Shown here: piece by piece, positions 15,168 to 25,457 of the stretch
How the letters are laid out: each line of letters starts with the position of its first letter
Numbering within the stretch: the stretch's first letter is position 1
Assembly: GCA_015999875.1 (NCBI GenBank)
Contig: JAECRG010000001.1
Span: 171,330 to 235,329 of the forward strand
Reading direction: 5' to 3'
Length of the DNA stretch: 64,000 bases
DNA from: Candidatus Saccharimonadota bacterium
Lineage (GTDB): Bacteria; Patescibacteriota; Saccharimonadia; Saccharimonadales; Saccharimonadaceae
Program-made: the position numbers and the translations under genes
Notes under the pieces: model-generated
What the model saw: only the letters and a program-made list of their open reading frames with translations
Told to the model about the DNA's origin: nothing
The model's database searches: none

Positions 15168-17201
15168 TTAGTTGAGCGTTGTGAGACGCTGGTTTTTCTC
15201 CACCCGAGTGGCCAACTGTTTATATTGTAACAAATCATCACCAGAAGAGAGAAATTCCTTTGCTGCCGCCTGTGCCCTAGCAATCAGCTTTGTGTCACCT
15301 AGACTTGCTACCTGTAGATTTAATGCGCCGTGCTGCGAGCGGCCATAGATCTCACCAGGCCCTCGCAATTTCAGGTCTACCTCGGCTAAATAAAAACCGT
15401 CTTGCGACTTCTCGATTTCACGTAAGCGCGCAGATGGCTTAGAGCTATCGCTCATCACAAGATAGCAATAGCTCTGATGAGTGCTACGCCCAACACGTCC
15501 ACGTAGCTGATGCAATTGACTTAGTCCGAAGCGATCTGCGTTTTCGATAATCATAACTGTAGAATTCGGCACGTTGACACCCACTTCCACCACAGTGGTG
15601 CTGACTAGTATATCGATGTCACCGTCTGCGAATTGCTGCATCACTGCGTCTTTATCTACAGGCGCGAGCTTTCCGTGCAGGAGACCTACTTTCCTGTGAT
15701 TAAAAACCGTGCTTTTGAGCTTCTTGTATTCAGCTTCTACGCTCTTGACGTCATTTTCAGGATCTTCATCGATCAAACTACAGATAATGTAACACTGTCG
15801 GCCTTTTGCAATTTCGTCATCAACAGCTTCGTAGAGTTTTTCGGTGTTAGTGGGTGCCCATAGCTTCGTCGCTATCGGTTTACGGCCGCTTGGTAACTCG
15901 TCGAGTACGGATACGTCGAGCTCACCATACACCGTAAGTGCAAGACTGCGCGGAATAGGTGTAGCCGTCATCGCCAGCAAATGTGGCATCCGTATTGATT
16001 TATCGAGCAATGCTTGACGCTGGGCGACACCGAAACGATGCTGCTCGTCGATAACCACAAAACCAAGCTTGTGGTATTCGACTTTTTTCTGAATAAGCGC
16101 GTGCGTGCCGACAATGATATCGACTGTGCCGTCCGAGATCTGAGAGAGCAATTCTTGACGGGCCTTGCCCTTTACGCTTCCGGTAAGAAGTCCTACCGAT
16201 ACATCAAACGGTGCAAGTAGCGCACTCAGCGTTTCTGCGTGCTGTGAAGCGAGTATCTCTGTCGGGGCCATGATTGCCGACTGATATCCAGCTTGCGCGG
16301 CTTGGCGAGCTGCAAAACCCGCTACGGCTGTTTTACCGGAACCCACGTCACCCTGCAGGAGACGGTTCATTGGTATTTCTGATTCAAAGTCTTGAATGAT
16401 CTGCCAGGCAGCTCGACGCTGTGCGTTCGTGAGGGCAAATGGCAATCCAGCAACAAATTCTTTTGCCGCAGCTACGTCAAACGGCAACTTCCAGCCCTGA
16501 AGTCGATTATTTGCCTGCTTATTAAGCTGGCTCGCTAGTAGTAATTCAAATAGTTCTTCAAAACCAACTCTTTCTCGCGCTTGTGCAATCTGCTCCTGTG
16601 ATTCAGGAAAATGCAACGCGAGATGCGACTGAGCATTACTCATGAGTTTCTGGCTCTCTACGATAGTCAAGGGAAGTGTTTCTCCAAGCATCGTAATGGT
16701 TGGCCGTAGACTAGCAACAAGTTTGCGCAGTAGCGGAGGTTTGACGCCGCGAATTGAGCGATAAACCGGCACAATTCGCTCACCTTCTGTCTGCTCGAGC
16801 TTCTTTGCTTGCTCAACCCCAGGATTTGTAATCTGATAACGATTGTAGCTAAACTCAAATGTACCAGTAAACATATAGCGCTCACCTGTTTTTAACTGCG
16901 TGGCACGATATGGCTGATTAAACCACACCGCCTTGAGCTTACTTGAATCATCGGCGAGCACTGCGGTCGTAATGCGCATGCCTCGACGAACACTACGCGT
17001 CTCAACTGATTCTACTTTCGCTACTATCGTGACTTTGCCAGGTTTTAGATCGACAATCCTGCTTTGCTGCGTATAGTCATCGTATGTGCGCGGTAAATAA
17101 TGCACTAGATCTTTGACGGTGCGCAGCCCCACTCTATGAAAAGATTCGTCGAGCTTATCGCCGACGCCACTAAGCTCACGTAGTGGAAGCGAGAGATTCA
17201 T
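15168..17201 (-). CDS. recG: ATP-dependent DNA helicase RecG
   Basis: Motifs seen: GDVGSGKT, VIDEQHRFG and QLRGRVGR, plus an N-terminal wedge/OB region. Confidence 0.95.
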   Translation of the reverse strand: MNLSLPLRELSGVGDKLDESFHRVGLRTVKDLVHYLPRTYDDYTQQSRIVDLKPGKVTIVAKVESVETRSVRRGMRITTAVLADDSSKLKAVWFNQPYRATQLKTGERYMFTGTFEFSYNRYQITNPGVEQAKKLEQTEGERIVPVYRSIRGVKPPLLRKLVASLRPTITMLGETLPLTIVESQKLMSNAQSHLALHFPESQEQIAQARERVGFEELFELLLASQLNKQANNRLQGWKLPFDVAAAKEFVAGLPFALTNAQRRAAWQIIQDFESEIPMNRLLQGDVGSGKTAVAGFAARQAAQAGYQSAIMAPTEILASQHAETLSALLAPFDVSVGLLTGSVKGKARQELLSQISDGTVDIIVGTHALIQKKVEYHKLGFVVIDEQHRFGVAQRQALLDKSIRMPHLLAMTATPIPRSLALTVYGELDVSVLDELPSGRKPIATKLWAPTNTEKLYEAVDDEIAKGRQCYIICSLIDEDPENDVKSVEAEYKKLKSTVFNHRKVGLLHGKLAPVDKDAVMQQFADGDIDILVSTTVVEVGVNVPNSTVMIIENADRFGLSQLHQLRGRVGRSTHQSYCYLVMSDSSKPSARLREIEKSQDGFYLAEVDLKLRGPGEIYGRSQHGALNLQVASLGDTKLIARAQAAAKEFLSSGDDLLQYKQLATRVEKNQRLTTLN

Positions 17202-18988
17202 TAGCCTTCGAGTACTTGGTTTTTCAGCGCTACGGTAAACTCATCGAGACGTGACTTGAGCTCGTCGTAGGCCTCTAGAGCTTCGTCCACATTGCTCGCA
17301 GTTGTCTCTTCATACCATTGTACATAGAGCTTGAGCTTTGGCTCAGTGCCACTTGGCCGAACGGTGACACGCCGCCTCGGATCTCCGAGTTCAAACACAA
17401 TCACATTACCGCTAATGCAGTCGACTGGAGTTACATCGCCAGTTTCGACATCTCGACGCTCAAGCGTAGTATAATCTTGCACCGCCGACACACGGTAACC
17501 CCCGAGAGTACTCGGCGTGCTAGACGTCAGCTGTTTCATAATAGTTTGCATCGTCTCGAAACCATCTGCACCGGGGAATTGCACATCAACAAGAGTCTCC
17601 TCGTAGATACCATGCTCTACGAATAGTTCGAGCAAACGAGTGTAGAGAGTTTTGTTTGCAGCTTTTAGCTCGGCCGCAGCTTCAGCCAGTGTCAGCGCAC
17701 CAGCCGCGCCATCTTTATCTCGCACATAGGTGCCCTTGATCATGCCATAGCTCTCTTCACCGCCAAGCAGAAATATCTCATCAGTTGTTTCTTTATTGCG
17801 GATAAGCTCACCTATGTATTTCATACCGACAAGCATGTTTCCATACAGTTTAACTCCATAATAATCTGTAAGCGCCTGCAGCAAATCAGTCGTAACAATC
17901 GTTTTGGCAAGGAAGTGCTTCGGCGTGAGCTTGCCGCTCTGACGTAGTCTACCTAACACATAGTCCGCGGCTAGTGCGGCTGACTGATTGCCGTTGAGAT
18001 AAACTGGCTTACCCTCATGCAGCGCAACTACGCCTATCCGGTCTGCGTCAGGATCGTTTGTGATAGCGATGTCGGCTTTTTCTGCTAGCAGTTTTTCTAC
18101 TGCCATTTCATTGGCAATAATTTCTTGCGGATTTGGTTTGCCATTGGGAATTGTCGGGAAGTTTCCGTCTGGCGTCATTTGCTCCTCTACGACCCTCACA
18201 TCTTTGAAGCCAGCCCGTTCAAGCACGGGTAGTACATTTGTCTGACCCGCTCCATGCAGTGGTGAATACACGATTGCAATATCACGGTACTCTCCCACGG
18301 CTTCGTTTACAGCCGCGTCCACGTATGCCCTATCTACGTCGTCACCGATAAGTATGATGTCTCCAGCTTGTACCGCTTCGTCAAAATCGACAGAATGAAT
18401 CTCCTGAATTTCATCAGCTTTTGCAAGGACACCTTTGTCGTGTGGCGCAACGAGCTGCGCGCCATCGCTCCAATATGCCTTGAAGCCATTGTCTGCTGGC
18501 GGGTTATGGCTTGCACTCACCACTATGCCCACAGCCGCACCCAAGTGACGGACAGCGAAACTCAACTCCGGCGTAGAACGAAAGCTATCAAAAATATATG
18601 TCTTGAACCCATTTGCCGCGCACACTTCTGCAGTAATACGACTTAGTTCCGGGGAGCTGAGTCGCGTATCACACGCAATCACAACACCTTTTTGGCGCGC
18701 CTGTTCATCAAATTCGCTTGAGTACAAACAAAGTGCTTGAGTACTCTCGCCAATCGTTACCCTATTAATTCTATTTGAGCCCAGTCCAACCATGCCGCGT
18801 CGCCCGGCAGTACCGAATTCAAGTACTTTAAAGAATGAATCTTCAAGCTCCTGCCAATTTTGGTTAGCAACAAGCTGTTCAATTTCGTTCACATACTCAG
18901 CATACTTTGGCTCGTTCAGCCATTTGGAAATATTTTCAAATGCAGCTTCCGACACATGCTGCTTCAGTGTTTGAGTATCGATTGTCAT
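17201..18988 (-). CDS. phospho-sugar mutase (phosphoglucomutase/phosphomannomutase family)
   Basis: The active-site loop SASHNPPADNGFK and the metal loop TNDPDADR are present. 595 aa. GGAGG lies upstream of the start. Confidence 0.9.
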   Translation of the reverse strand: MTIDTQTLKQHVSEAAFENISKWLNEPKYAEYVNEIEQLVANQNWQELEDSFFKVLEFGTAGRRGMVGLGSNRINRVTIGESTQALCLYSSEFDEQARQKGVVIACDTRLSSPELSRITAEVCAANGFKTYIFDSFRSTPELSFAVRHLGAAVGIVVSASHNPPADNGFKAYWSDGAQLVAPHDKGVLAKADEIQEIHSVDFDEAVQAGDIILIGDDVDRAYVDAAVNEAVGEYRDIAIVYSPLHGAGQTNVLPVLERAGFKDVRVVEEQMTPDGNFPTIPNGKPNPQEIIANEMAVEKLLAEKADIAITNDPDADRIGVVALHEGKPVYLNGNQSAALAADYVLGRLRQSGKLTPKHFLAKTIVTTDLLQALTDYYGVKLYGNMLVGMKYIGELIRNKETTDEIFLLGGEESYGMIKGTYVRDKDGAAGALTLAEAAAELKAANKTLYTRLLELFVEHGIYEETLVDVQFPGADGFETMQTIMKQLTSSTPSTLGGYRVSAVQDYTTLERRDVETGDVTPVDCISGNVIVFELGDPRRRVTVRPSGTEPKLKLYVQWYEETTASNVDEALEAYDELKSRLDEFTVALKNQVLEG

Positions 18989-19092
18989 ACTACCTCCGAG
19001 AGTTAGATTAAACTCCTTTTAGTATAGCAATAACCTGCCATGATTTGCCAGTCAGCCGTCTAAAAATAGCGTATAAGATTAAATATAATTTG

Positions 19093-20334
19093 CTAGTTTA
19101 CAAGTATAAAGGTATTTTTACCTTTTTTAATCAACGATACCTCTTCTACATTTATATCTTCGGCAATCTTTAGGCCATTGATAGAGATTGCGCCTCCAGA
19201 AATCAGCCGCCTTGCCTCACCTTTGCTTTTGACAATCTCCGCAGCTTGCAAGATGTCTGTTACAAATTGATTCAGACCTACTACTGGAATTTCCGTCTTA
19301 AGAATACTGACTACGCCTTCGTCGCTAGGATTAAATGCTTCACCGCCAAATAATACACGGGTAGCTTGTTCTGCCGCGCGTGCCCTGTCTTCACCGTGAA
19401 CAATTTTCGTAATTTCCCATGCTAGGCGCCTTTGAGCACTACGCCGTTCAGGTGCTGCCGCGTGTTCTGAGGCAATAGTCTCAACCTCATTTTTAGAAAG
19501 AAGTGTGTAGACTTTCATGTAGTCGATGACACCTTCGTCGTCAACGTTTAGCCAGAATTGATAGAACTTAAAGACACTCGTAAGCTCAGGATCGAGCCAA
19601 ATAGTGCCACCCTCGGTTTTGCCAAATTTACGGCCCGTAGCCTTATTGATAATAAGTGGCGCACTAAGCACGTGTGCCTCGCCGCCTTCGATACGTCGTA
19701 TCATATCTACACCTGCAATAGAATTACCCCATTGATCTGCACCACATACTTGCAACGTGACTCCATGCTCACGATACAAATGCAAAAAATCATAGCCTTG
19801 AATCAATGAATAGCTAAATTCTGCGTAGCTAATGCCGTTGCCACCTTCACCTAGTCGGGCCTGGATGAATTCTCTCCCGAGCATCATGCTCATCGGTACG
19901 TGCTTGCCAACCTCGCGCAAAAACGACAAATAGTTAATGTTTTTGAACCAATCGTAGTTATCTACCACTTCAAACAACTGTCCACTAAATACCTGCCGAT
20001 ATTGACGTTCGATTTCAGCTTTGTTGCCAGCAATCTCCTCGACCGCATTCAAATTACGCTCATCGAGCTTGCCATCTGGGTCACCAATCATACCCGTAGC
20101 TCCACCGACCAGCAGATAGGCTTGGTGGCCACGTGCCATCAAATGTCGTAGCATCATAGCGGTAGCTAGATTGCCAATTTGCATACCGTGCCCACTTGGG
20201 TCTACACCAAAATAGAACTTGCGGGAATCTCCGTCTAGCGCAGTAATGTCATCGAACGTCGTCTGATTGACAAAGCCTCTCCAGGTTAGTTCTTCGGATA
20301 ATGTCACGGTTACTCCTTCATTCGTGCTAGCCAT
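19093..20334 (-). CDS. tyrS: tyrosine--tRNA ligase
   Basis: Class I signatures are present (GVDPSGHGMQIGNL, KFGKT) with a C-terminal S4-like domain. The ORF extends to 20352; the start is set at MASTNEG. Confidence 0.9.
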   Translation of the reverse strand: MASTNEGVTVTLSEELTWRGFVNQTTFDDITALDGDSRKFYFGVDPSGHGMQIGNLATAMMLRHLMARGHQAYLLVGGATGMIGDPDGKLDERNLNAVEEIAGNKAEIERQYRQVFSGQLFEVVDNYDWFKNINYLSFLREVGKHVPMSMMLGREFIQARLGEGGNGISYAEFSYSLIQGYDFLHLYREHGVTLQVCGADQWGNSIAGVDMIRRIEGGEAHVLSAPLIINKATGRKFGKTEGGTIWLDPELTSVFKFYQFWLNVDDEGVIDYMKVYTLLSKNEVETIASEHAAAPERRSAQRRLAWEITKIVHGEDRARAAEQATRVLFGGEAFNPSDEGVVSILKTEIPVVGLNQFVTDILQAAEIVKSKGEARRLISGGAISINGLKIAEDINVEEVSLIKKGKNTFILVN

Positions 20335-20384
20335 TATATATATCAACATCAATTGTAGCAGAAATAAATATTCTACCGCGAGAA

Positions 20385-23084
20385 ATGTTTGCTATAATGG
20401 AGTGTAATACTGCTTATGGGAAAGACAGAGTTGTGACCAAGAAATCTTCACCGCGCAAGATGAGTCTTTATGCGAATTTATCGCACAAGCGCAAAACTAA
20501 AAAAGATCTAAAAGCACGCAAACGTGCCGAGTATCTCGCTACGCTACCGAAACACCCAGTCAAGCGGTTCTTTGCACGTTTGCATCCGAAACGCGTCGCC
20601 GGCTATTGGTTCAGTCGCAAAGGCGGCATGATGGCGCTTAAGGTATTCGGTATACTCGTACTCCTCGGTGTACTTACCGTAGGATCGCTATTCGCTTACT
20701 ATCGTCGTGACCTAAACTCTATCCGACCAAGCGAACTTGCCAAACGTGTACAGACGACTGTGACAAAATACTATGATCGCAACGGCAAAATACTATGGGA
20801 AGACAAAGGTGACGGTGATTACAAGCAAGTTGTAAAAAGCGATCAGATTAATAAGTACATGAAAGATGCGACAGTTGCTATTGAAGATCGTGACTTTTAC
20901 ACCCATCACGGAGTGAGCCCCACAGGTCTCGCACGCGCAGCTTTCAACAACGCAAGTGGCGGCAGCACACAAGGCGGTTCAACACTCACCCAGCAGCTAG
21001 TAAAACAGGTGTTCTTCTCTGATGAGTCTCAAGATCGTGGCCTGAGCGGTATACCTCGCAAAATCAAAGAGCTCATACTCTCTATCGAAGTAGAACGGAT
21101 GTACGACAAAGATCAGATCCTCACTCTCTATCTAAACGAGTCGCCATATGGCGGGCGTCGAAATGGAGTACAAAGCGGAGCCCAGACATACTTCAACAAA
21201 TCCGCAAAAGACTTGTCACTACCCGAGGCTGCGTTGCTTGCGGCGATTCCAAATCAGCCAGGCTTATACGACCCTTATAATGAAGCCGGCCACGAAGCAC
21301 TCGTCGCGCGTCAACATAAGGTACTTGAGGCCATGCAAGATACTGGCAAAATTACCCAAAAAGAAGCGGACGAAGCCAAGGCTTTTGACATACTTACAAG
21401 CATCAAGCCCCAGGTTGATGACAGTGAAAATATCACTGCCCCACACTTCGTACTCGAAGTGCGACGCCAATTAGAAAAAGAACTCGGCAAAGCGACTGTC
21501 GGCAGAGGCGGTCTCACTGTCAAAACCACACTCGACCTTCGTGCACAGCAGGCAGCAGAGCAAGCAGTAGCCACAGGCGCAGCTATGCTACCGCTCTACG
21601 GCGCAGACAACATTTCTCTTTCCTCCGTAGACGCAAAGTCAGGCCAAGTGATAGCTATGGTGGGAAGCGTAGACTATCGCAAAGAAGGCTATGGACAGCA
21701 AAACAGCGCCACTTCTCCTCTGGAGCCCGGTTCAAGCATCAAGCCGATTGCCGACTATGCGCCCCTGTTTAAGCAGCGAGAAGGCACTAACTATGCGCCA
21801 GGTTCGATACTACGTGACGAAAACATCAACTCAATATATTGCGCGGGCTCCGCACCAGGCTGCTCACTCAATAACTACACCCGACGATTCTATGGCAACG
21901 TCTCGATTCGCCAGTCGCTTGCCGGCTCGCTCAACATTCCTGCCGTAAAAGCCATGCATATCGCAGGCGTAGAAGATGCTCTCAAGACTACTCGTGATCT
22001 GGGTGATATTTCCTACTGTGCCGACAACAACAACGCAGGTCTATCTGCTGCAATCGGAGGTGGTTGTACGGTAAAACAGATAGAGCACACGAATGCATAT
22101 GCCTCTCTCGCACGCGGTGGTGCCTATAAGCCACTTGCCTATGTGCTCGAGGTGCGTAACGCTTCCAACGAAGTTCTCAAGAAATGGGAAGACCCTAAGC
22201 CAAAACAAGTCGTAGACCCTCAGGTGGCATACATGCTTTCAAGCATCCTGAGCGACGCACAGGCCCGAAGTATCACCTTTGGATCACAAGGAAATTCATA
22301 TGGATTTAATGTACCAAACGTATGGACGGCAGCAAAGACAGGTACAACCGAGAATGGTAACGGCCAAGCGAAAGACTCATGGTTTATGAATTATTCTCCG
22401 GTCGTAGCGACAGGAGTATGGGTAGGAAATCACGACGGAAGGCCGATGTCCTCGAGCGACAACTCGGTCGTACGACGCGTATCAAACGACTTTATGTCAG
22501 CGGTCCACACGCAGGTATACCAACCAGAAAATAAATGGACACCAAATCAACAAGTAGAACGCCCTGAAGGAATCAAGGAGCTCGCGATTGGTGGTCGCAA
22601 GGATGTATACCCATCTTGGTTTGATCAAAAGGCTGGTATAGCAAATGAAAAACTGATCTTTGACAAGGTGTCAAAGAAAAAGGCAACGGATTGTACACCG
22701 GAAAATGCACGCATAGAGATTGGCGTGACTAAGACAACCGACCCTATTACCAAACAAGCTGCCTATATCGCTCCGGATGGATATGACGCATCAAAAGATG
22801 ACGACACCCATAAGTGCGAGGACGTTAAGCCGTCCGTGTCGGTCACTACTAAGAAAGTACCAGCAAATAGCAATACGGTTGAGATAACTGTAAATATAAT
22901 GCAGGGCACTCACCCTCTCAATTCTCTTAAAGTACAGGTAGGTGCAAATCTCGTAGCGGACGTGGCAGTATCTGGCACGGGCACCTATACAACAACAGTC
23001 ACACTCACAGCACCCGAAACAGTTACGGCTACAGTAGAAGATAAGGCGCTGTACACTGGAAGCGGCTCTCAGCAATCACCATAG
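20385..23084 (+). CDS. bifunctional class A penicillin-binding protein (glycosyltransferase/transpeptidase)
   Basis: GT51 motifs EDRDFYTHHG, GGSTLTQQL and RKIKE are present, as are transpeptidase motifs GSSIKP and KTGTT. The start is uncertain: TGCTATAAT at 20390-20398 lies inside the ORF, and in-frame alternatives are GTG 20433 and ATG 20460. Confidence 0.9.
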   Translation: MFAIMECNTAYGKDRVVTKKSSPRKMSLYANLSHKRKTKKDLKARKRAEYLATLPKHPVKRFFARLHPKRVAGYWFSRKGGMMALKVFGILVLLGVLTVGSLFAYYRRDLNSIRPSELAKRVQTTVTKYYDRNGKILWEDKGDGDYKQVVKSDQINKYMKDATVAIEDRDFYTHHGVSPTGLARAAFNNASGGSTQGGSTLTQQLVKQVFFSDESQDRGLSGIPRKIKELILSIEVERMYDKDQILTLYLNESPYGGRRNGVQSGAQTYFNKSAKDLSLPEAALLAAIPNQPGLYDPYNEAGHEALVARQHKVLEAMQDTGKITQKEADEAKAFDILTSIKPQVDDSENITAPHFVLEVRRQLEKELGKATVGRGGLTVKTTLDLRAQQAAEQAVATGAAMLPLYGADNISLSSVDAKSGQVIAMVGSVDYRKEGYGQQNSATSPLEPGSSIKPIADYAPLFKQREGTNYAPGSILRDENINSIYCAGSAPGCSLNNYTRRFYGNVSIRQSLAGSLNIPAVKAMHIAGVEDALKTTRDLGDISYCADNNNAGLSAAIGGGCTVKQIEHTNAYASLARGGAYKPLAYVLEVRNASNEVLKKWEDPKPKQVVDPQVAYMLSSILSDAQARSITFGSQGNSYGFNVPNVWTAAKTGTTENGNGQAKDSWFMNYSPVVATGVWVGNHDGRPMSSSDNSVVRRVSNDFMSAVHTQVYQPENKWTPNQQVERPEGIKELAIGGRKDVYPSWFDQKAGIANEKLIFDKVSKKKATDCTPENARIEIGVTKTTDPITKQAAYIAPDGYDASKDDDTHKCEDVKPSVSVTTKKVPANSNTVEITVNIMQGTHPLNSLKVQVGANLVADVAVSGTGTYTTTVTLTAPETVTATVEDKALYTGSGSQQSP

Positions 23085-23106
23085 CACTCTAGCAGTAAAC
23101 AATATA

Positions 23107-23130
23107 ATAGGCCTCATCCCTGAGGCCTAT
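23107..23130. terminator. bidirectional terminator between convergent genes
   Basis: ATAGGCCTCA-tccc-TGAGGCCTAT is flanked by A/T-rich runs. Confidence 0.75.
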
Positions 23131-23155
23131 TATATTGACTAAAAAGGCTAGCAGC

Positions 23156-24076
23156 TTACTGACCTTGAATCAAGTCAATCAGAGAGTCTTCCTGCGTCTT
23201 CTTGCCTGACGGTTTGCGACGAGGTTTTGTGGATGATGGCTGCTGCTGACGAGCTTCGGGTGCGACGGAGGTAGGCGCCAATGTAGACGCAGGTGTGGAT
23301 GTAGTCACCTCTGCCTTACGCCCATTTGCCTTGCGTGCGATCAGTCGCCTAGCAGGCTGTTTATCAGTGCGGGGACCCTGGGCTTGCTTCACGGCTGTCG
23401 TCAGACGTGCGAACATCATTTTACCTGCATCTGTTTGGAGTACTCGGATGAACTCGACTTCAACCTTACTACCAACTTGCTTGACAGCGTTCTCCACAAC
23501 AACCATTGTGCCGTCGTCGAGATAGCCTACGCCCTGATGACTATCTTGACCACGAGTAACAAGCTCTATCTTCGCCCTCTCTCCTGGCATATGTACAGAG
23601 CGGATATTTTTGGCTAGCTCATTAATATTCAGTACTGCGACGCCTTCTACTTGTGCAACCTTATTTAAGTTGTAGTCGACCGTGCATACACTGCCCTGGT
23701 ATTTCTTGGCAAGCTCAATAAGCTGCTCGTCTACGCCACGTGCCGCAACGCCATCTTGCATAATTCGTACAGAAATCTCTTCGATACCCTGCAGCTTACG
23801 TACAAGATCAAGACCTTTGCGGGCTTTTGCTCTTTTGTCGCTATCTCCACCGTCTGCGAGTAGCTGTAGCTCACGCAAGACACTTCTGGGGATCACAAGC
23901 TCACCTGGAATAAATCCAGCTTCTGCGATAGCGAGGATTCGTCCATCAATAAGCACAGATGTGTCGACGTAAATACTTTGACGTGAAACTCTTTTGTTTC
24001 GTGATGCTGTTGCTACGACAATATACGTCGTTTGCGCTAATATTGCTAGCGCGATTATGATAATAATATAATCCAT
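23156..24076 (-). CDS. PIN/TRAM-domain protein (YacL-like)
   Basis: An N-terminal TM is followed by a PIN-like VDTSVLIDGRI, a TRAM-like C-terminal part and a low-complexity tail. It sits downstream of radA, as in Firmicutes. Confidence 0.7.
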   Translation of the reverse strand: MDYIIIIIALAILAQTTYIVVATASRNKRVSRQSIYVDTSVLIDGRILAIAEAGFIPGELVIPRSVLRELQLLADGGDSDKRAKARKGLDLVRKLQGIEEISVRIMQDGVAARGVDEQLIELAKKYQGSVCTVDYNLNKVAQVEGVAVLNINELAKNIRSVHMPGERAKIELVTRGQDSHQGVGYLDDGTMVVVENAVKQVGSKVEVEFIRVLQTDAGKMMFARLTTAVKQAQGPRTDKQPARRLIARKANGRKAEVTTSTPASTLAPTSVAPEARQQQPSSTKPRRKPSGKKTQEDSLIDLIQGQ

Positions 24077-24083
24077 AATTCTC

Positions 24084-25442
24084 CTATTTGTGCAGATACT
24101 CGACCAATGCCGAGCGCATATCTGTCACTGTTTTGATAAATGATAAATTTTTGTGGCCAACTGCAGGTGCTAATGCCTGAGTGAAACCGAGCTTCTTTGC
24201 TTCTGCAACTCGTTTGTCAACGGCCTTGACCGAGCGTACCTCGCCCCCAAGTCCAACTTCGCCAAATACGACCGTGCCAGGCGCGAGCTTGTGTCCAGCC
24301 GCTGCACTTGCGATAGCCATACAAATAGCCAAATCAGCAGCTGGGTCACTCAGCTTCATACCGCCCACGACATTGATGTAGATATCTTTGTCTGATAATT
24401 TCAGTTTAGTACGGCGCTCCAATACCGCGATCAATAGATTAAGACGATTGAGGTCAAACCCCGAAGCTGTACGTTTAGGATACCCGAAATTTGTCGGATT
24501 GACAAGTGCCTGAATCTCCACCAGTAGTGGACGATTGCCCTCCAGCGTTGCAAGCACTACCGACCCATCTTCATCTCTTCGCTCTGCAAGTAATGCTGCA
24601 GATGGATTCTCGACGACCTTCAAACCTTCTTCGTCCATCTCAAATATTGCTGCTTCGTTTGTGGAGCCATATCGATTTTTTACCGCCCTAACTACCTTGA
24701 ACCCGCCGTAGCGGTCACCTTCAAACTGCAGCACTACGTCAACCAAATGCTCAAGCACCTTTGGACCTGCTATTGCACCTTCTTTGGTGACATGCCCAAC
24801 CAAGATAACTGCCGCACCCGTCTCTTTTGCAGCTCGGATAATCACATTACTGCTGTTTGTAATCTGACTCACCGTGCCTGGCGCGGAGCTTATGTCTGCA
24901 AGACTCAGTGTCTGGATCGAATCAATTACAATTACTTGATATTTTCCACTTCGAATTGTGGCTGCTATATCGTCAGCGCTTGTTGAAGCAACAAATTCAA
25001 GCTGATCTTGCCCATGTGCACCAAGTCGTTCGGCTCGCTGCTTCACCTGATGCGCAGATTCTTCACCACTTGCATAGAGGACAGGATAGCTTGCTGCGAC
25101 ATGCGCGCAAACTTGTAGCAATAACGTGCTTTTTCCCATACCCGGCTGCCCAGCCAGCAACGTAACACCTCCGGGCAAAATACCGCCACCGAGAACTATA
25201 TCGAGGTCACCAATCCCTGTCGGCATTCTTCCGATTCGCTCTTCTGGGTCTATTGAGCGAAGCGTTTGCGCGACCAAAACACTTCCACTGCCAGCACTTT
25301 TATCGACGGCTGATTTACCCATCATCTGAGGAAGTTGCTCGACAAGAGTATTCCACTCGCCACAGTTTTCACACCGTCCCATCCATTTAGTATATTGAGC
25401 TCCGCACTGCTGACAGACGTAACTCTGTTTTGATTTAGCCAT
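24084..25442 (-). CDS. radA: DNA repair protein RadA
   Basis: Zn finger CQQCG...CENCG, Walker A GQPGMGKST, KNRYG and a Lon-like C-terminal domain are present. Confidence 0.95.
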   Translation of the reverse strand: MAKSKQSYVCQQCGAQYTKWMGRCENCGEWNTLVEQLPQMMGKSAVDKSAGSGSVLVAQTLRSIDPEERIGRMPTGIGDLDIVLGGGILPGGVTLLAGQPGMGKSTLLLQVCAHVAASYPVLYASGEESAHQVKQRAERLGAHGQDQLEFVASTSADDIAATIRSGKYQVIVIDSIQTLSLADISSAPGTVSQITNSSNVIIRAAKETGAAVILVGHVTKEGAIAGPKVLEHLVDVVLQFEGDRYGGFKVVRAVKNRYGSTNEAAIFEMDEEGLKVVENPSAALLAERRDEDGSVVLATLEGNRPLLVEIQALVNPTNFGYPKRTASGFDLNRLNLLIAVLERRTKLKLSDKDIYINVVGGMKLSDPAADLAICMAIASAAAGHKLAPGTVVFGEVGLGGEVRSVKAVDKRVAEAKKLGFTQALAPAVGHKNLSFIKTVTDMRSALVEYLHK

Positions 25443-25457
25443 TACTTACAGTATACC

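Noticed and set aside
18989-20384. T-box leaders upstream of tyrS (and of hisS at 6589-6639)
   Set aside because: The upstream spacers are only about 30-50 nt, far too short for a T-box, and no specifier or T-box sequence is seen.
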